This document shows, one piece after another, positions 29,583-38,031 of a stretch of 64,000 bases of DNA. The stretch's first letter is position 1, and every line of letters begins with the position of its first letter. A model generated the notes under the pieces. The model did no database searches. It was not told the origin of the DNA and saw only the letters and a program-made list of their open reading frames with translations. The translations under genes and the position numbers were made by a program. Source of the stretch: Flavobacteriaceae bacterium (GTDB lineage Bacteria > Bacteroidota > Bacteroidia > Flavobacteriales > Flavobacteriaceae); the NCBI GenBank assembly GCA_013003555.1, contig JABDIV010000056.1, positions 3,384-67,383 of the forward strand, written 5' to 3'.

Positions 29583-29980
29583 TGAAACAGGTTTTCACAT
29601 TACTGCTCTTGGGATTGCTGATCGTATCATGCAAGACTGAAACTCCTACCGAAATAGAAATGGTATCCCCCGAAGAAATGCAGGAGCTTACCAAAATGGA
29701 AGATGTTCAATTGGTTGATATCCGAACACCTATTGAGTTTGAAGAAGGATATATTAATGGATTTCAGAATATTGATTATTTTTCCGATACTTTCGATCAG
29801 GATATTCAGAAACTCGATAAAACGAAACCTGTTATCGTCGTTTGCCGATCTGGAAAACGAAGTGCTAAATGTTCCAGAAAAATGGTTAAAGCCGGCTTTG
29901 TAAAGATCTACGATTTGGATGGCGGCCTCACCAAATGGAAACATGAAGGCTTCGAAGTGCATACCATTGATATACCCTGA
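29582..29980 (+). CDS. Single-domain rhodanese lipoprotein
   Basis: Lipobox LIVSC and active-site loop CRSGKRS. Its ATG overlaps the preceding stop (TAATG). Confidence 0.8.
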   Translation: MKQVFTLLLLGLLIVSCKTETPTEIEMVSPEEMQELTKMEDVQLVDIRTPIEFEEGYINGFQNIDYFSDTFDQDIQKLDKTKPVIVVCRSGKRSAKCSRKMVKAGFVKIYDLDGGLTKWKHEGFEVHTIDIP

Positions 29981-29986
29981 GAAATC

Positions 29987-31033
29987 TTAGTCAAATAGCT
30001 GTGTTTTATCAGTCAGGATCGAATTATACTCCACTGCAAGTTTTGTGAATTGAAATAGATTTTTTGCGCGATCTAAATTGTGCTCGGCATAATTGACCTT
30101 GTAATAAATATTACCGTTTAAAAAATCTGTAAGCGCTCTTAAGCCATGAAGGAATGGCATATATGAAATCCCCAGTGGCATGACCTTGATCTCTTCATTC
30201 AAAAGACTTAATCCAGAATCTTTAAGACCATTCATAAAGGAGTCATACAAATCCATTCGGAATTCAATTTGTGATAGATCGGTTTCATCTTCTGAGGCAG
30301 GATTAACCACAGTGCGTACCGCATCGCCGAGATCGTAATGAAAATAACCCGGCATTATGGTATCCAAATCGATCATGCAAAGGCCCTTTTTCTGGGAGTC
30401 GAATAACATATTATTCAATTTGGCATCATTATGACAAACACGATGTGGCAAGAGCGACAAATCGAGATCCTTAAACTTAGGGATTGTTGAAAAAGCGAAG
30501 TTTACCTCTTCCTGGGCATCCATCAAAGTAAGATGATCGGCATAATCCAAGGCCTGTTGAAATTGAGTTATACGGAATTTAAGACTATGAAAATCAGTTA
30601 TGGTAACGTGGTAATCATTCACATTCTCCCCAGCCATCAATTTGTGAAAATTCCCAATTAGCAATCCGGCTTCGAAAGCGATTATTTCATCATTAGCATT
30701 ATTATAAACGGTTGAGTCGGGAATATAACGCATCACGCGCCAGAATGTATTTTTAATTTGAAACAAGGTGGAACCGTTAATCGATTTCAGAAAATCTATT
30801 TTCAAATAGTCTTTTCCGTTCAGTTTCTTCAAAGCTTTATCGATATTTTCCTGCAACTTTTTCGGGTCTTGAAAAACATGATGATTGATGCGTTGTATTA
30901 CATAAGCAGCCTTGCCATCAAGCTTTAGAATGAAGGTGTCGTTTATGTAACCATGCTTTACAGGATCAAAGACAGCGCGTTCCGCCTGTATTCCGAAGCC
31001 TTGAACTACCTGTTGTAAAAGCTCCGTATTCAT
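29987..31033 (-). CDS. APH-fold phosphotransferase, probable anomeric sugar kinase
   Basis: Kinase catalytic loop HNDAKLNNMLFD and metal-binding IDLDT. The gene 3 nt upstream is a sugar-1-P nucleotidyltransferase. Confidence 0.55.
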   Translation of the reverse strand: MNTELLQQVVQGFGIQAERAVFDPVKHGYINDTFILKLDGKAAYVIQRINHHVFQDPKKLQENIDKALKKLNGKDYLKIDFLKSINGSTLFQIKNTFWRVMRYIPDSTVYNNANDEIIAFEAGLLIGNFHKLMAGENVNDYHVTITDFHSLKFRITQFQQALDYADHLTLMDAQEEVNFAFSTIPKFKDLDLSLLPHRVCHNDAKLNNMLFDSQKKGLCMIDLDTIMPGYFHYDLGDAVRTVVNPASEDETDLSQIEFRMDLYDSFMNGLKDSGLSLLNEEIKVMPLGISYMPFLHGLRALTDFLNGNIYYKVNYAEHNLDRAKNLFQFTKLAVEYNSILTDKTQLFD

Positions 31034-31035
31034 GA

Positions 31036-31926
31036 TTATTCATTCGTCCATAACGGACTCGGATATTGATTATCTTCAGTTAATTTCTTCAGGGTTTTAA
31101 CAGCCATCACCTTATCATCGTAATAAGTAACGCCAAACCAGTCACTTCTGGCATCGATTACTTCAATATCGATCAGGCCCTGACTCATCATTTCCTGGGC
31201 AACGAAAGGGATATAAATTTCACTTTTCTCATGGTTGGATTCATCCCTCAGAAAGTTTTTAAAATAACCGGTGATATATTCAAATATGCTTGGATTGCAT
31301 ATCCAGAAATTCATCGACACCAAGGCATCGGCTGATAAGCGTTTCCCGCTGGCCTCATCTATTATACCTGCTTCGGTCTCATGAATCTTGATAACTTCCT
31401 CAATTGACTTTAATTTGCCATTATTTGCTTCGCAAATACCACGAGAAACAGTACCGTGATCTGAAAGAGTATCTTCCAGTTTATAACCAACCAATGCATA
31501 GTCGGAGTCTGACTCTTGATTCGTAATGAAATTTGCAGCACCCTCAAAAGCTGGCTTTCCATAATAGTCGTCGGCGTTGATTATGACAAAATCTGATTTT
31601 ATCACGTCTCTTGCCGTCCAAACAGCATGAGCGGTTCCCCAGGGTTTTTCACGCTCGGTATGAATGGGTATGCCTTCAGGAATGTCGTGAATATCCTGGA
31701 CAAGCACATCGATTTTGATATTTTCGGGTAACCGTTTCCTTAAATAGTTCTTAAGAAAATCCTGATTTGCTGCCTTTGTAATGATGACAATATGATCAAA
31801 TCCCTGGCTAATCGCATCGTAAATACTAAACTCCATCAGGAACTCCCCTTTTGGACCTAATTCATCAAATTGTTTCAGTTTTCCATAACGGCTGCCGCTT
31901 CCTGCAGCCATAAGTAATAAGGTCAT
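31036..31926 (-). CDS. Sugar-1-phosphate nucleotidyltransferase
   Basis: N-terminal LLMAAGSGSRYGKLKQF (G-x-G-x-R NTP-transferase loop). ATG at 31926 preferred over the listed 32031. Confidence 0.7.
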   Translation of the reverse strand: MTLLLMAAGSGSRYGKLKQFDELGPKGEFLMEFSIYDAISQGFDHIVIITKAANQDFLKNYLRKRLPENIKIDVLVQDIHDIPEGIPIHTEREKPWGTAHAVWTARDVIKSDFVIINADDYYGKPAFEGAANFITNQESDSDYALVGYKLEDTLSDHGTVSRGICEANNGKLKSIEEVIKIHETEAGIIDEASGKRLSADALVSMNFWICNPSIFEYITGYFKNFLRDESNHEKSEIYIPFVAQEMMSQGLIDIEVIDARSDWFGVTYYDDKVMAVKTLKKLTEDNQYPSPLWTNE

Positions 31927-32045
31927 TTCATCGATAATTTGGACGTAAAAATATGATATTGTAGTTAATTTGCTCCGTTCATCGAATAAAAAGCATTTTT
32001 TTTTTTGTATTTTATACCTTGAAACAATCAATTAATCCTAAAGTC

Positions 32046-32336
32046 ATGAGTACAGCAGTATACATAGCTATCTTCATGGTCGTTTTTTTCTCCAGTATTT
32101 ATTTCTGGGCTTATCACTATTCAGAATATAAGGATAAGCGTAAATGGTTAGAAAAAGAACGCAAAGAAGAAGAAAAAGAATTGAAATTTCAAAAGCTGAA
32201 AGAGAATGCCAAAGTAAGACGCGATGAAATTGACGAAAGGTATCGTCAACAAAATGAACGGAGCAAAAGAATCCAAAAAGAATTAGAAAAGCTTGAGGAT
32301 ATAAAGCCTGATGGTTCTTTTGGCCAGGTCGCCTGA
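32046..32336 (+). CDS. Small membrane-anchored coiled-coil protein
   Basis: One TM helix (VYIAIFMVVFFSSIYFWAY) followed by a K/E-rich helix. Start moved to the ATG at 32046. Confidence 0.45.
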   Translation: MSTAVYIAIFMVVFFSSIYFWAYHYSEYKDKRKWLEKERKEEEKELKFQKLKENAKVRRDEIDERYRQQNERSKRIQKELEKLEDIKPDGSFGQVA

Positions 32337-32338
32337 TT

Positions 32339-33067
32339 TTAGATCTTTCTGTAAACCTCATCAAAAGGCACTCTGAACCGCGGACCGTATATGCCATGCT
32401 CATGGCGTATACCACACCCGATTACCATATTTATCTCTGATCTCCAGGGGAGATTTAGGGCTCGTTTTATCCTGAGGGTATCGCTGCCTTCCATGGGGCA
32501 GGTGTCATATCCTATTGCTGCCATGCTAATCATAAAGTTTTGCGCGGCGAGGCCGGCACTTTTATGTGCAACAACACGCATGTCACTTAATCGTGTTTGT
32601 CTGTATACAGGACGGAATAAACCCATTAACCAAAAGGTTACATATTTGACCCATCCCAGGATACCCAGGATATCGTAATACGTCATGGGGATGAGTTTTC
32701 CGTAGTAGTTATTGGTCATTTTTTTCCGCTTTTTAAGCCGTTCACTTAAATCATGTTTTTCAAATGACTTATTGTGAAAATCCAGGTTGGCCTTGGCACG
32801 CTTTCGCCAGAGATCTTTACGGGTAACCACAACGACCATTTGCTTGGCTGTTTTAGCGGCCTTCTGCTCAAAACAGGCTGTAGAAATCCTCTTTAGCATA
32901 TTCACATCGGTAATATGGTAAAATTCCCAAAGTTGCAAGTTGCTGCTCGTTGGGGCAAGCGTGGCATTATGTAAACAGGCTTTGACCTTCTCACTATCGA
33001 TGGGCTCATCCTTATAAATGCGAACAGCCCGTCTGTAAGCGATCGCATCGGAAACGGTTTTTTCCAT
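32339..33067 (-). CDS. Nitroreductase-family protein
   Basis: N-terminal AYRRAVRIYKDEPI and PTSSNLQLWEF motifs typical of the FMN nitroreductase fold. Confidence 0.75.
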   Translation of the reverse strand: MEKTVSDAIAYRRAVRIYKDEPIDSEKVKACLHNATLAPTSSNLQLWEFYHITDVNMLKRISTACFEQKAAKTAKQMVVVVTRKDLWRKRAKANLDFHNKSFEKHDLSERLKKRKKMTNNYYGKLIPMTYYDILGILGWVKYVTFWLMGLFRPVYRQTRLSDMRVVAHKSAGLAAQNFMISMAAIGYDTCPMEGSDTLRIKRALNLPWRSEINMVIGCGIRHEHGIYGPRFRVPFDEVYRKI

Positions 33068-33089
33068 AGATCATAAAAAATTTTAGAAA

Positions 33090-33332
33090 TCAATCAAAAA
33101 CAGCAATATATAATTTTAAGCCTAGTAAATAACCCAGTCCTAAGATTAAAGGATAAAAAAGAAATAACCATAAATAATCGACCACACCAACAGATTTTAT
33201 TCCGGTTGAAGTTGTGTTGAACAGAATTTCCATAAAATCATACCAGGTCTTTAGTCCGAGTTTGTTTGCAAGAAAGTTGGCTATAATAGCTATTAGAAGG
33301 ATACTAAGGCCAATAATATATAGTCGAAGCAT
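33090..33332 (-). CDS. Small 2-3 TM membrane protein
   Basis: 80 aa and hydrophobic, immediately upstream of the nitroreductase gene on the same strand. Confidence 0.4.
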   Translation of the reverse strand: MLRLYIIGLSILLIAIIANFLANKLGLKTWYDFMEILFNTTSTGIKSVGVVDYLWLFLFYPLILGLGYLLGLKLYIAVFD

Positions 33333-33683
33333 GTCTATTTCATTCGGTATTGAAAAGATAACGGAATAAATTAAACTTTTTTGAATGATAGTTATTTTTT
33401 ACAAAATGCAGTTGAATTTCGCTTCTGGCTGATTTTTTTAGTTGTATTAGAGAATGCATCAAAACATTGGTAATCCATTCGTTGGCACTTAATAACGTCC
33501 CGTCGGCATTGATTGTTTATTCGACGTAAAATCAATTCTTCTTTTATTAACAAAACTAATTTTGAATATATAAGTTACGTAAAGCACAGTACCTGTTGCT
33601 TAGTTATGACATATAATAATGAAATACAGCAGGTGCTTAATTATCAACAAAACAAAGAACAATTATTTAAAAACACTTAAAAA

Positions 33684-34289
33684 ATGAATAAAGCACTTAT
33701 TCTGATTGGTTATCAAAACGATTATTTCGCGCATGACGGGATCCTGAGATCGGTTGTTAAGGAATCGTCAAAGGTAACTAACGTTATAGAAAATACAGTT
33801 CAACTATTGAAGGGGATCGACAAGGATGTTCTTCTAATTTCAACGCCTATTATTTTCTCGGAGAATTATAAAGAACTATCAGAACCCGTGGGTATATTGA
33901 AGACGATAAAAGAGGTAGGTGCTTTTAAAGCGGGAAGTAAAGGAGCCGAAACCATTGATGAGATCAAACAATTTGATGATAGTATTATTGAAATTCCAGG
34001 CAAACTAGGATTGAACGCTTTTGTTGGAACCAATTTAGAGCAGACTCTGAGAAATAATGACATTGAAGAAATAATTATTGCCGGAACTGTCGCCTCTATC
34101 TGTATTGATTCAACTGGCAGATCTGCTTTTGAAAAAGGATTTAAAGTATCGATGTTATCTGATTGTATTTCTGGCAGGACAGTTTTCGAAAAGGATTATT
34201 TTGTTGATCATGTTTATCCCCTTTATGCAAACGTTTATGCATCTAAAAAGCTCATTTCTGAAGAATTGAATACCGTCAAGTCAAACTAA
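33684..34289 (+). CDS. Isochorismatase-family cysteine hydrolase
   Basis: ALILIGYQNDY N-terminus and the catalytic Cys context IIAGTVASICIDSTGR. Confidence 0.8.
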   Translation: MNKALILIGYQNDYFAHDGILRSVVKESSKVTNVIENTVQLLKGIDKDVLLISTPIIFSENYKELSEPVGILKTIKEVGAFKAGSKGAETIDEIKQFDDSIIEIPGKLGLNAFVGTNLEQTLRNNDIEEIIIAGTVASICIDSTGRSAFEKGFKVSMLSDCISGRTVFEKDYFVDHVYPLYANVYASKKLISEELNTVKSN

Positions 34290-34321
34290 ACCAATATATC
34301 ATTAATTAATTCAAATGTAAC

Positions 34322-35548
34322 ATGAACCGATCACAACAAAATCTGAATATTGAAATCCAACATAGGCTTATGGAAGAGCTCACAAGGTCGAATGAGGAAT
34401 TGCGGCTCATCAATGAGTTTACCGTGTCTGTGCAGGAAGGTTATTCAACTGATCGCGTCTTGTTCATTTTGTGCAAACTCTGCATTGAACAATTATCGTG
34501 CGGCGATTGCTGTGTTTGGCTAACGGAAAAAAATTCAACCAGGTTGATCAAAATGATGGCTCATTGTTCTGATAATATACTTCCGGTTGAATCCCATGCT
34601 GCCGGTTCACAAAAATCCGGAAATCCGTTAGTAAGTATGACAGCCATTACAATGGAACCTCAATTCGAACGGTCGCCACAAATGAATTCAAACGGTTCAT
34701 CTAAATCTGACAATTCAGGGAATTTTACATTTCCATTACTATATCAGAATTCCCTGGTTGGGGTAATCGCATTGCGACATGATAATTCTATTAGTTTTAA
34801 GAAAAATCATTTTAACAGTCTGCTGACCATTGCCACTATTGCAGCAACGAAGCTCATGCAGACAAGACATTTCGAAGAAATATCCAATTACCAGAAGCAA
34901 TTGGAGGAATATATACATGTTATATCACATGATTTGAAATCCCCGCTTCGGTCAATTAATGCACTTGTTTCATGGATTAAAGAAGACAACCACGGAAATT
35001 TAAATAATAGTACGCTTCAGAATTTTAAAATGATAGATGATACACTTTTTCAAATGGAAAATCTGATCGATGGAACATTGAATTATTCAAAGATCGGTTA
35101 TGAAGACATGGTGAAAGAAACGATCGATCTGAATGATATAATCGATGATATAAAAATGGCCTTGATTGTTCCTGACCACATCGAAATTCAAAAGCAAAAA
35201 ACTCTTCCTGTGGTTATGGGTGTTAGGACCCATTTCGTTCAAATCTATCAAAACCTGCTAAGCAATGCGATTAAGTACAATGACAAAGTTGAGGGTCAGA
35301 TCGTTTTAGACTGGAAGGAAACCGAGGATTGTTACATTTTTTCTGTAAAAGATAATGGCATCGGAATCCCAAAACAATATCAGGGTAAAATATTTGAGAT
35401 CTTTCAATCCCTCAATGCTAAAACTGAATCATCTGGAATAGGTCTCTCCATTGTTAAAAAATTGGTTCGTTTGAATCAAGGTGAGATCTGGGTTAAAAGT
35501 ATTGAAGCAAAGGGTTCTACGTTTTATTTCTCAATTAAGAAATTCTAA
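34322..35548 (+). CDS. Cytoplasmic GAF-domain sensor histidine kinase (orphan)
   Basis: H-box HVISHDLKSPLRSI, N-box LLSNAIKYN, and G-boxes DNGIGIP and GIGLSIV. No TM segment, and no response regulator nearby. Confidence 0.85.
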   Translation: MNRSQQNLNIEIQHRLMEELTRSNEELRLINEFTVSVQEGYSTDRVLFILCKLCIEQLSCGDCCVWLTEKNSTRLIKMMAHCSDNILPVESHAAGSQKSGNPLVSMTAITMEPQFERSPQMNSNGSSKSDNSGNFTFPLLYQNSLVGVIALRHDNSISFKKNHFNSLLTIATIAATKLMQTRHFEEISNYQKQLEEYIHVISHDLKSPLRSINALVSWIKEDNHGNLNNSTLQNFKMIDDTLFQMENLIDGTLNYSKIGYEDMVKETIDLNDIIDDIKMALIVPDHIEIQKQKTLPVVMGVRTHFVQIYQNLLSNAIKYNDKVEGQIVLDWKETEDCYIFSVKDNGIGIPKQYQGKIFEIFQSLNAKTESSGIGLSIVKKLVRLNQGEIWVKSIEAKGSTFYFSIKKF

Positions 35549-35594
35549 TAGATCATAATCTGTTTAGTTTTATCGAAAGCCGTCGGGCGACCGA

Positions 35595-35735
35595 GTGAAA
35601 AGGTCCTGTGGACCTTTGAAGCGAGTGTGCGAGATGATGCGGCTGCGTGAAAAGGTCCTGTGGACCTTTGAAGCGAATGTGCGAGATGATGTGGCTGCGT
35701 GAGAATCCTTCCGGCGGAACGAGGGATTACTAACG
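35595..35735. repeat. 2 full plus 1 degenerate copy of a 52-bp GC-rich tandem unit, each carrying a hairpin
   Basis: Units start at 35595, 35647 and 35699. The first two differ at 2 positions and contain the perfect stem AAAGGTCC-tgt-GGACCTTT. The third has AGGGAT...ATCCCT. Confidence 0.85.
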
Positions 35736-35800
35736 TGATCCCTGAAGCTCCAGTCCTGCAAATACATCTTTCTGTCCCTGCGGTACATTTGTCTAAGAAC

Positions 35801-35833
35801 AAAAAAATCTGCTCAAGCAAGCTTGGCAGATTT
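35801..35833 (-). terminator. Intrinsic terminator of ssrA
   Basis: Minus strand reads AAATCTGCcaagcttgcttgaGCAGATTT, with a further inner CAAGC/GCTTG pairing, followed by seven T. Confidence 0.8.
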
Positions 35834-35871
35834 TCCTATTCTTATCCTTTTTTTAAAGATGTATTTGATCG

Positions 35872-36267
35872 TGGAGCCGGAGGGATTCGAACCCTCGTCC
35901 AAACAAGCTACTAAATAGATTTCTACATGTTTAGTTTACAATTGGTTTTCGATCGTGTGCTCACTGTAAACAGCATACACATGACTTAGCTTCTTAATTT
36001 TCGGAACAAAAGAGAAGCCCCGTTGTTCCTAGGTTTACATTTACGATGCCTCTAATCAGAACGCCGTATACCAGGGCTTTCAAGAGACATTTAGCTTTCC
36101 TGCCTTGCAGGACTAGGCTTTAATCTTACTATAATTCAGATTATTAAGCAGCTAAAGCGTAGTTATTCTCGCCGTTTAAATTTTGATATCGCCTTTAACG
36201 CGTGTCAATATCATGACGCGACATGCTTACTATTCAATACGACTCGCTGTCAAAACCAGTCGACCCC
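35872..36267 (-). ncRNA. ssrA: tmRNA (transfer-messenger RNA), tag peptide GENNYALAA
   Basis: 5' end GGGGTCGACTGGTTTTGACAGCGAGTCG and 3' end CGAGGGTTCGAATCCCTCCGGCTCCA (T-arm plus acceptor). Internal tag reading frame GGC GAG AAT AAC TAC GCT TTA GCT GCT TAA. About 396 nt. Confidence 0.93.
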
Positions 36268-36377
36268 ATAATTTCAATGAACCTCAACCTTCCGGTAAAA
36301 AGGGATAGCGAAGTTAACTAAAAAACTTGTGCAACCCGCCAATTCCAAGTATTTTTGAGCAAAATCCATACCAACCT

Positions 36378-37589
36378 ATGAGTATCAAATTTGCCTTAAT
36401 CGCCGAGCGTAAAAACCCGCCTGATCGCCGTGTTGTCTTGTCTCCCGAGGCCTGTCAAAAGGTCATGAGCGATCATCCCGGAACCGAGGTAATTGTTGAA
36501 TCATCAGAACATCGTGTTTTTCCGGATTCCTATTACGAAAAACTTGGAATTCGAGTAACCGATGATGTTTCTGAAGCCGACATACTGCTCGGTGTAAAGG
36601 AAGTACCCGTTGAAGACTTGATCCCTGGTAAGTCCTATTTCTTTTTCTCGCATACAATCAAAAAACAGGATTACAACCGGAAGCTTTTAAAAGCAATTCT
36701 TGAAAAGAACATCGATCTTTACGATCATGAAACCATTGTAAATGAAAAAGGTTTCAGACTTATCGGTTTTGGTTATTACGCGGGAATAGCGGGTGCCTAT
36801 AACGGGATAAGGGCATATGGGTTAAAACATAAATTATTTGAGATTCCTAAAGCTGTTGAACTTGAGAAGAAAGACCGTTTGATCGAAGTTCTGAAAGACA
36901 TCGATTTGCCGCCGATAAAAATTGTATTAACCGGAAAAGGCAGGGTAGGCAGTGGAGCCAAGGAAATACTTGATGAAATGGGAATTTTGGAAGTCGGCGT
37001 CGAAGACTATTTGAATAAAACATTTGAAGAGGCTGTATATGTTAACATCGATGTTTTGGATTATAATAAGCGGCTGGACGGTGAGCTAAGAGATATGTTT
37101 GATTTCTTTGATCATCCGGAGGATTACAATTCGACTTTTAATCGTTATTCCAAGGTGAGTGATCTTTATATAGCGGGACATTTTTATGGTGAAGGCGCTC
37201 CTTATTTAATTACACGAAACGATGCCAAATCCAAGGACTTTAATATTTCAGTTGTTGCTGATATCAGTTGTGATGTTGATGGACCTGTAGCCTGCACCAT
37301 TCGATCATCAACCATAGAAGATCCGATTTATGGTTATGATCCGGTTCAGGAAACAGAGGTCGGATTTATGGAAAATGGAGCAATTGCTGTTATGGCGGTA
37401 GATAATTTGCCTTGTGAAGTGCCTGATAATGCCAGTAGAGGTTTTGGATTTATGTTCTTGAAATATGTCATGCCGGCCTTTTTTAACGATGATGCTGACG
37501 GTATTTTGAAGCGCGCTAAAATGACTGAGAAGGGTAAACTCACACCGCGATTTTCATATTTACAGGATTACGTCGACGGCAAGGAATAA
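36378..37589 (+). CDS. AlaDH/PNT-fold oxidoreductase, saccharopine dehydrogenase (lysine-forming)-like
   Basis: N-terminal ERKNPPDRRVVLSP and a Rossmann-type GKGRVGSGA. Start moved to the ATG at 36378. Family call is from memory. Confidence 0.5.
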   Translation: MSIKFALIAERKNPPDRRVVLSPEACQKVMSDHPGTEVIVESSEHRVFPDSYYEKLGIRVTDDVSEADILLGVKEVPVEDLIPGKSYFFFSHTIKKQDYNRKLLKAILEKNIDLYDHETIVNEKGFRLIGFGYYAGIAGAYNGIRAYGLKHKLFEIPKAVELEKKDRLIEVLKDIDLPPIKIVLTGKGRVGSGAKEILDEMGILEVGVEDYLNKTFEEAVYVNIDVLDYNKRLDGELRDMFDFFDHPEDYNSTFNRYSKVSDLYIAGHFYGEGAPYLITRNDAKSKDFNISVVADISCDVDGPVACTIRSSTIEDPIYGYDPVQETEVGFMENGAIAVMAVDNLPCEVPDNASRGFGFMFLKYVMPAFFNDDADGILKRAKMTEKGKLTPRFSYLQDYVDGKE

Positions 37590-37970
37590 TCAATCAATAT
37601 CTTGAACAAAGAAAATCGCATTCTTATTCAGGTCGTATAAACCAAATTCATGAGTACCCCAAGATGTATTTTTTCGTAAACGATCAGGTTTAATCGATCT
37701 ACGTTCAACCATTTCGTCGAAAATGCGTTGAATGTCTATTACAAATATCTTTAATACTGAACCGCCGAGTAATGGGTCTTCAACAGTATCGGCATGCCAT
37801 TGTAAATGAATCCATTGCCCGTCCCGATACAGCACCGAATAACCATTCTGACTGAATCTTTGCTCAAATCCGAGGTAATCATTATACCATTTGACATCCC
37901 GCGCGATATCGGCAGATGGCATAACCGGTGTAAGATGGATAAAATTTGACGTCATTTGATAATATTTCAA
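37590..37970 (-). CDS. VOC/glyoxalase-bleomycin-resistance family protein
   Basis: 126 aa with a VOC-like pattern (FIHLTPVMPS.D...WY...LGF ... HEFGLYDLN.N). Confidence 0.55.
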   Translation of the reverse strand: MKYYQMTSNFIHLTPVMPSADIARDVKWYNDYLGFEQRFSQNGYSVLYRDGQWIHLQWHADTVEDPLLGGSVLKIFVIDIQRIFDEMVERRSIKPDRLRKNTSWGTHEFGLYDLNKNAIFFVQDID

Positions 37971-37980
37971 TTTTGAATAT

Positions 37981-38007
37981 AAAAAAACCTGTCATTTCTG
38001 ACAGGTT
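37981..38007 (-). terminator. Intrinsic terminator after csp
   Basis: AACCTGTCA-gaaa-TGACAGGTT followed by seven T on the minus strand. Confidence 0.8.
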
Positions 38008-38031
38008 TTAGTAATAAAAATACTTTTGTTG

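Noticed and set aside
35595-35735. Possibility that the 52-bp repeats are a mini CRISPR array
   Set aside because: The units are directly adjacent with no spacers, there are only 2.5 copies, and no cas genes are in the window.
33090-35872. Genomic island integrated at the tmRNA 3' end
   Set aside because: No integrase, excisionase or mobility gene is present, and no direct repeat of the ssrA 3' end is longer than about 8 nt. The gene content (nitroreductase, hydrolase, kinase) is unremarkable. I kept only a weak note in the findings.
35545-35914. Three overlapping 71-91-aa ORFs between the histidine kinase and ssrA
   Set aside because: They span the 52-bp tandem repeat and the ssrA terminator, with the longest just reaching the tmRNA 3' end. 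The translations simply echo the repeat (…HHLAHSLQRSTGPFH…SRTLASKVHRTFS…) and no start context is credible.
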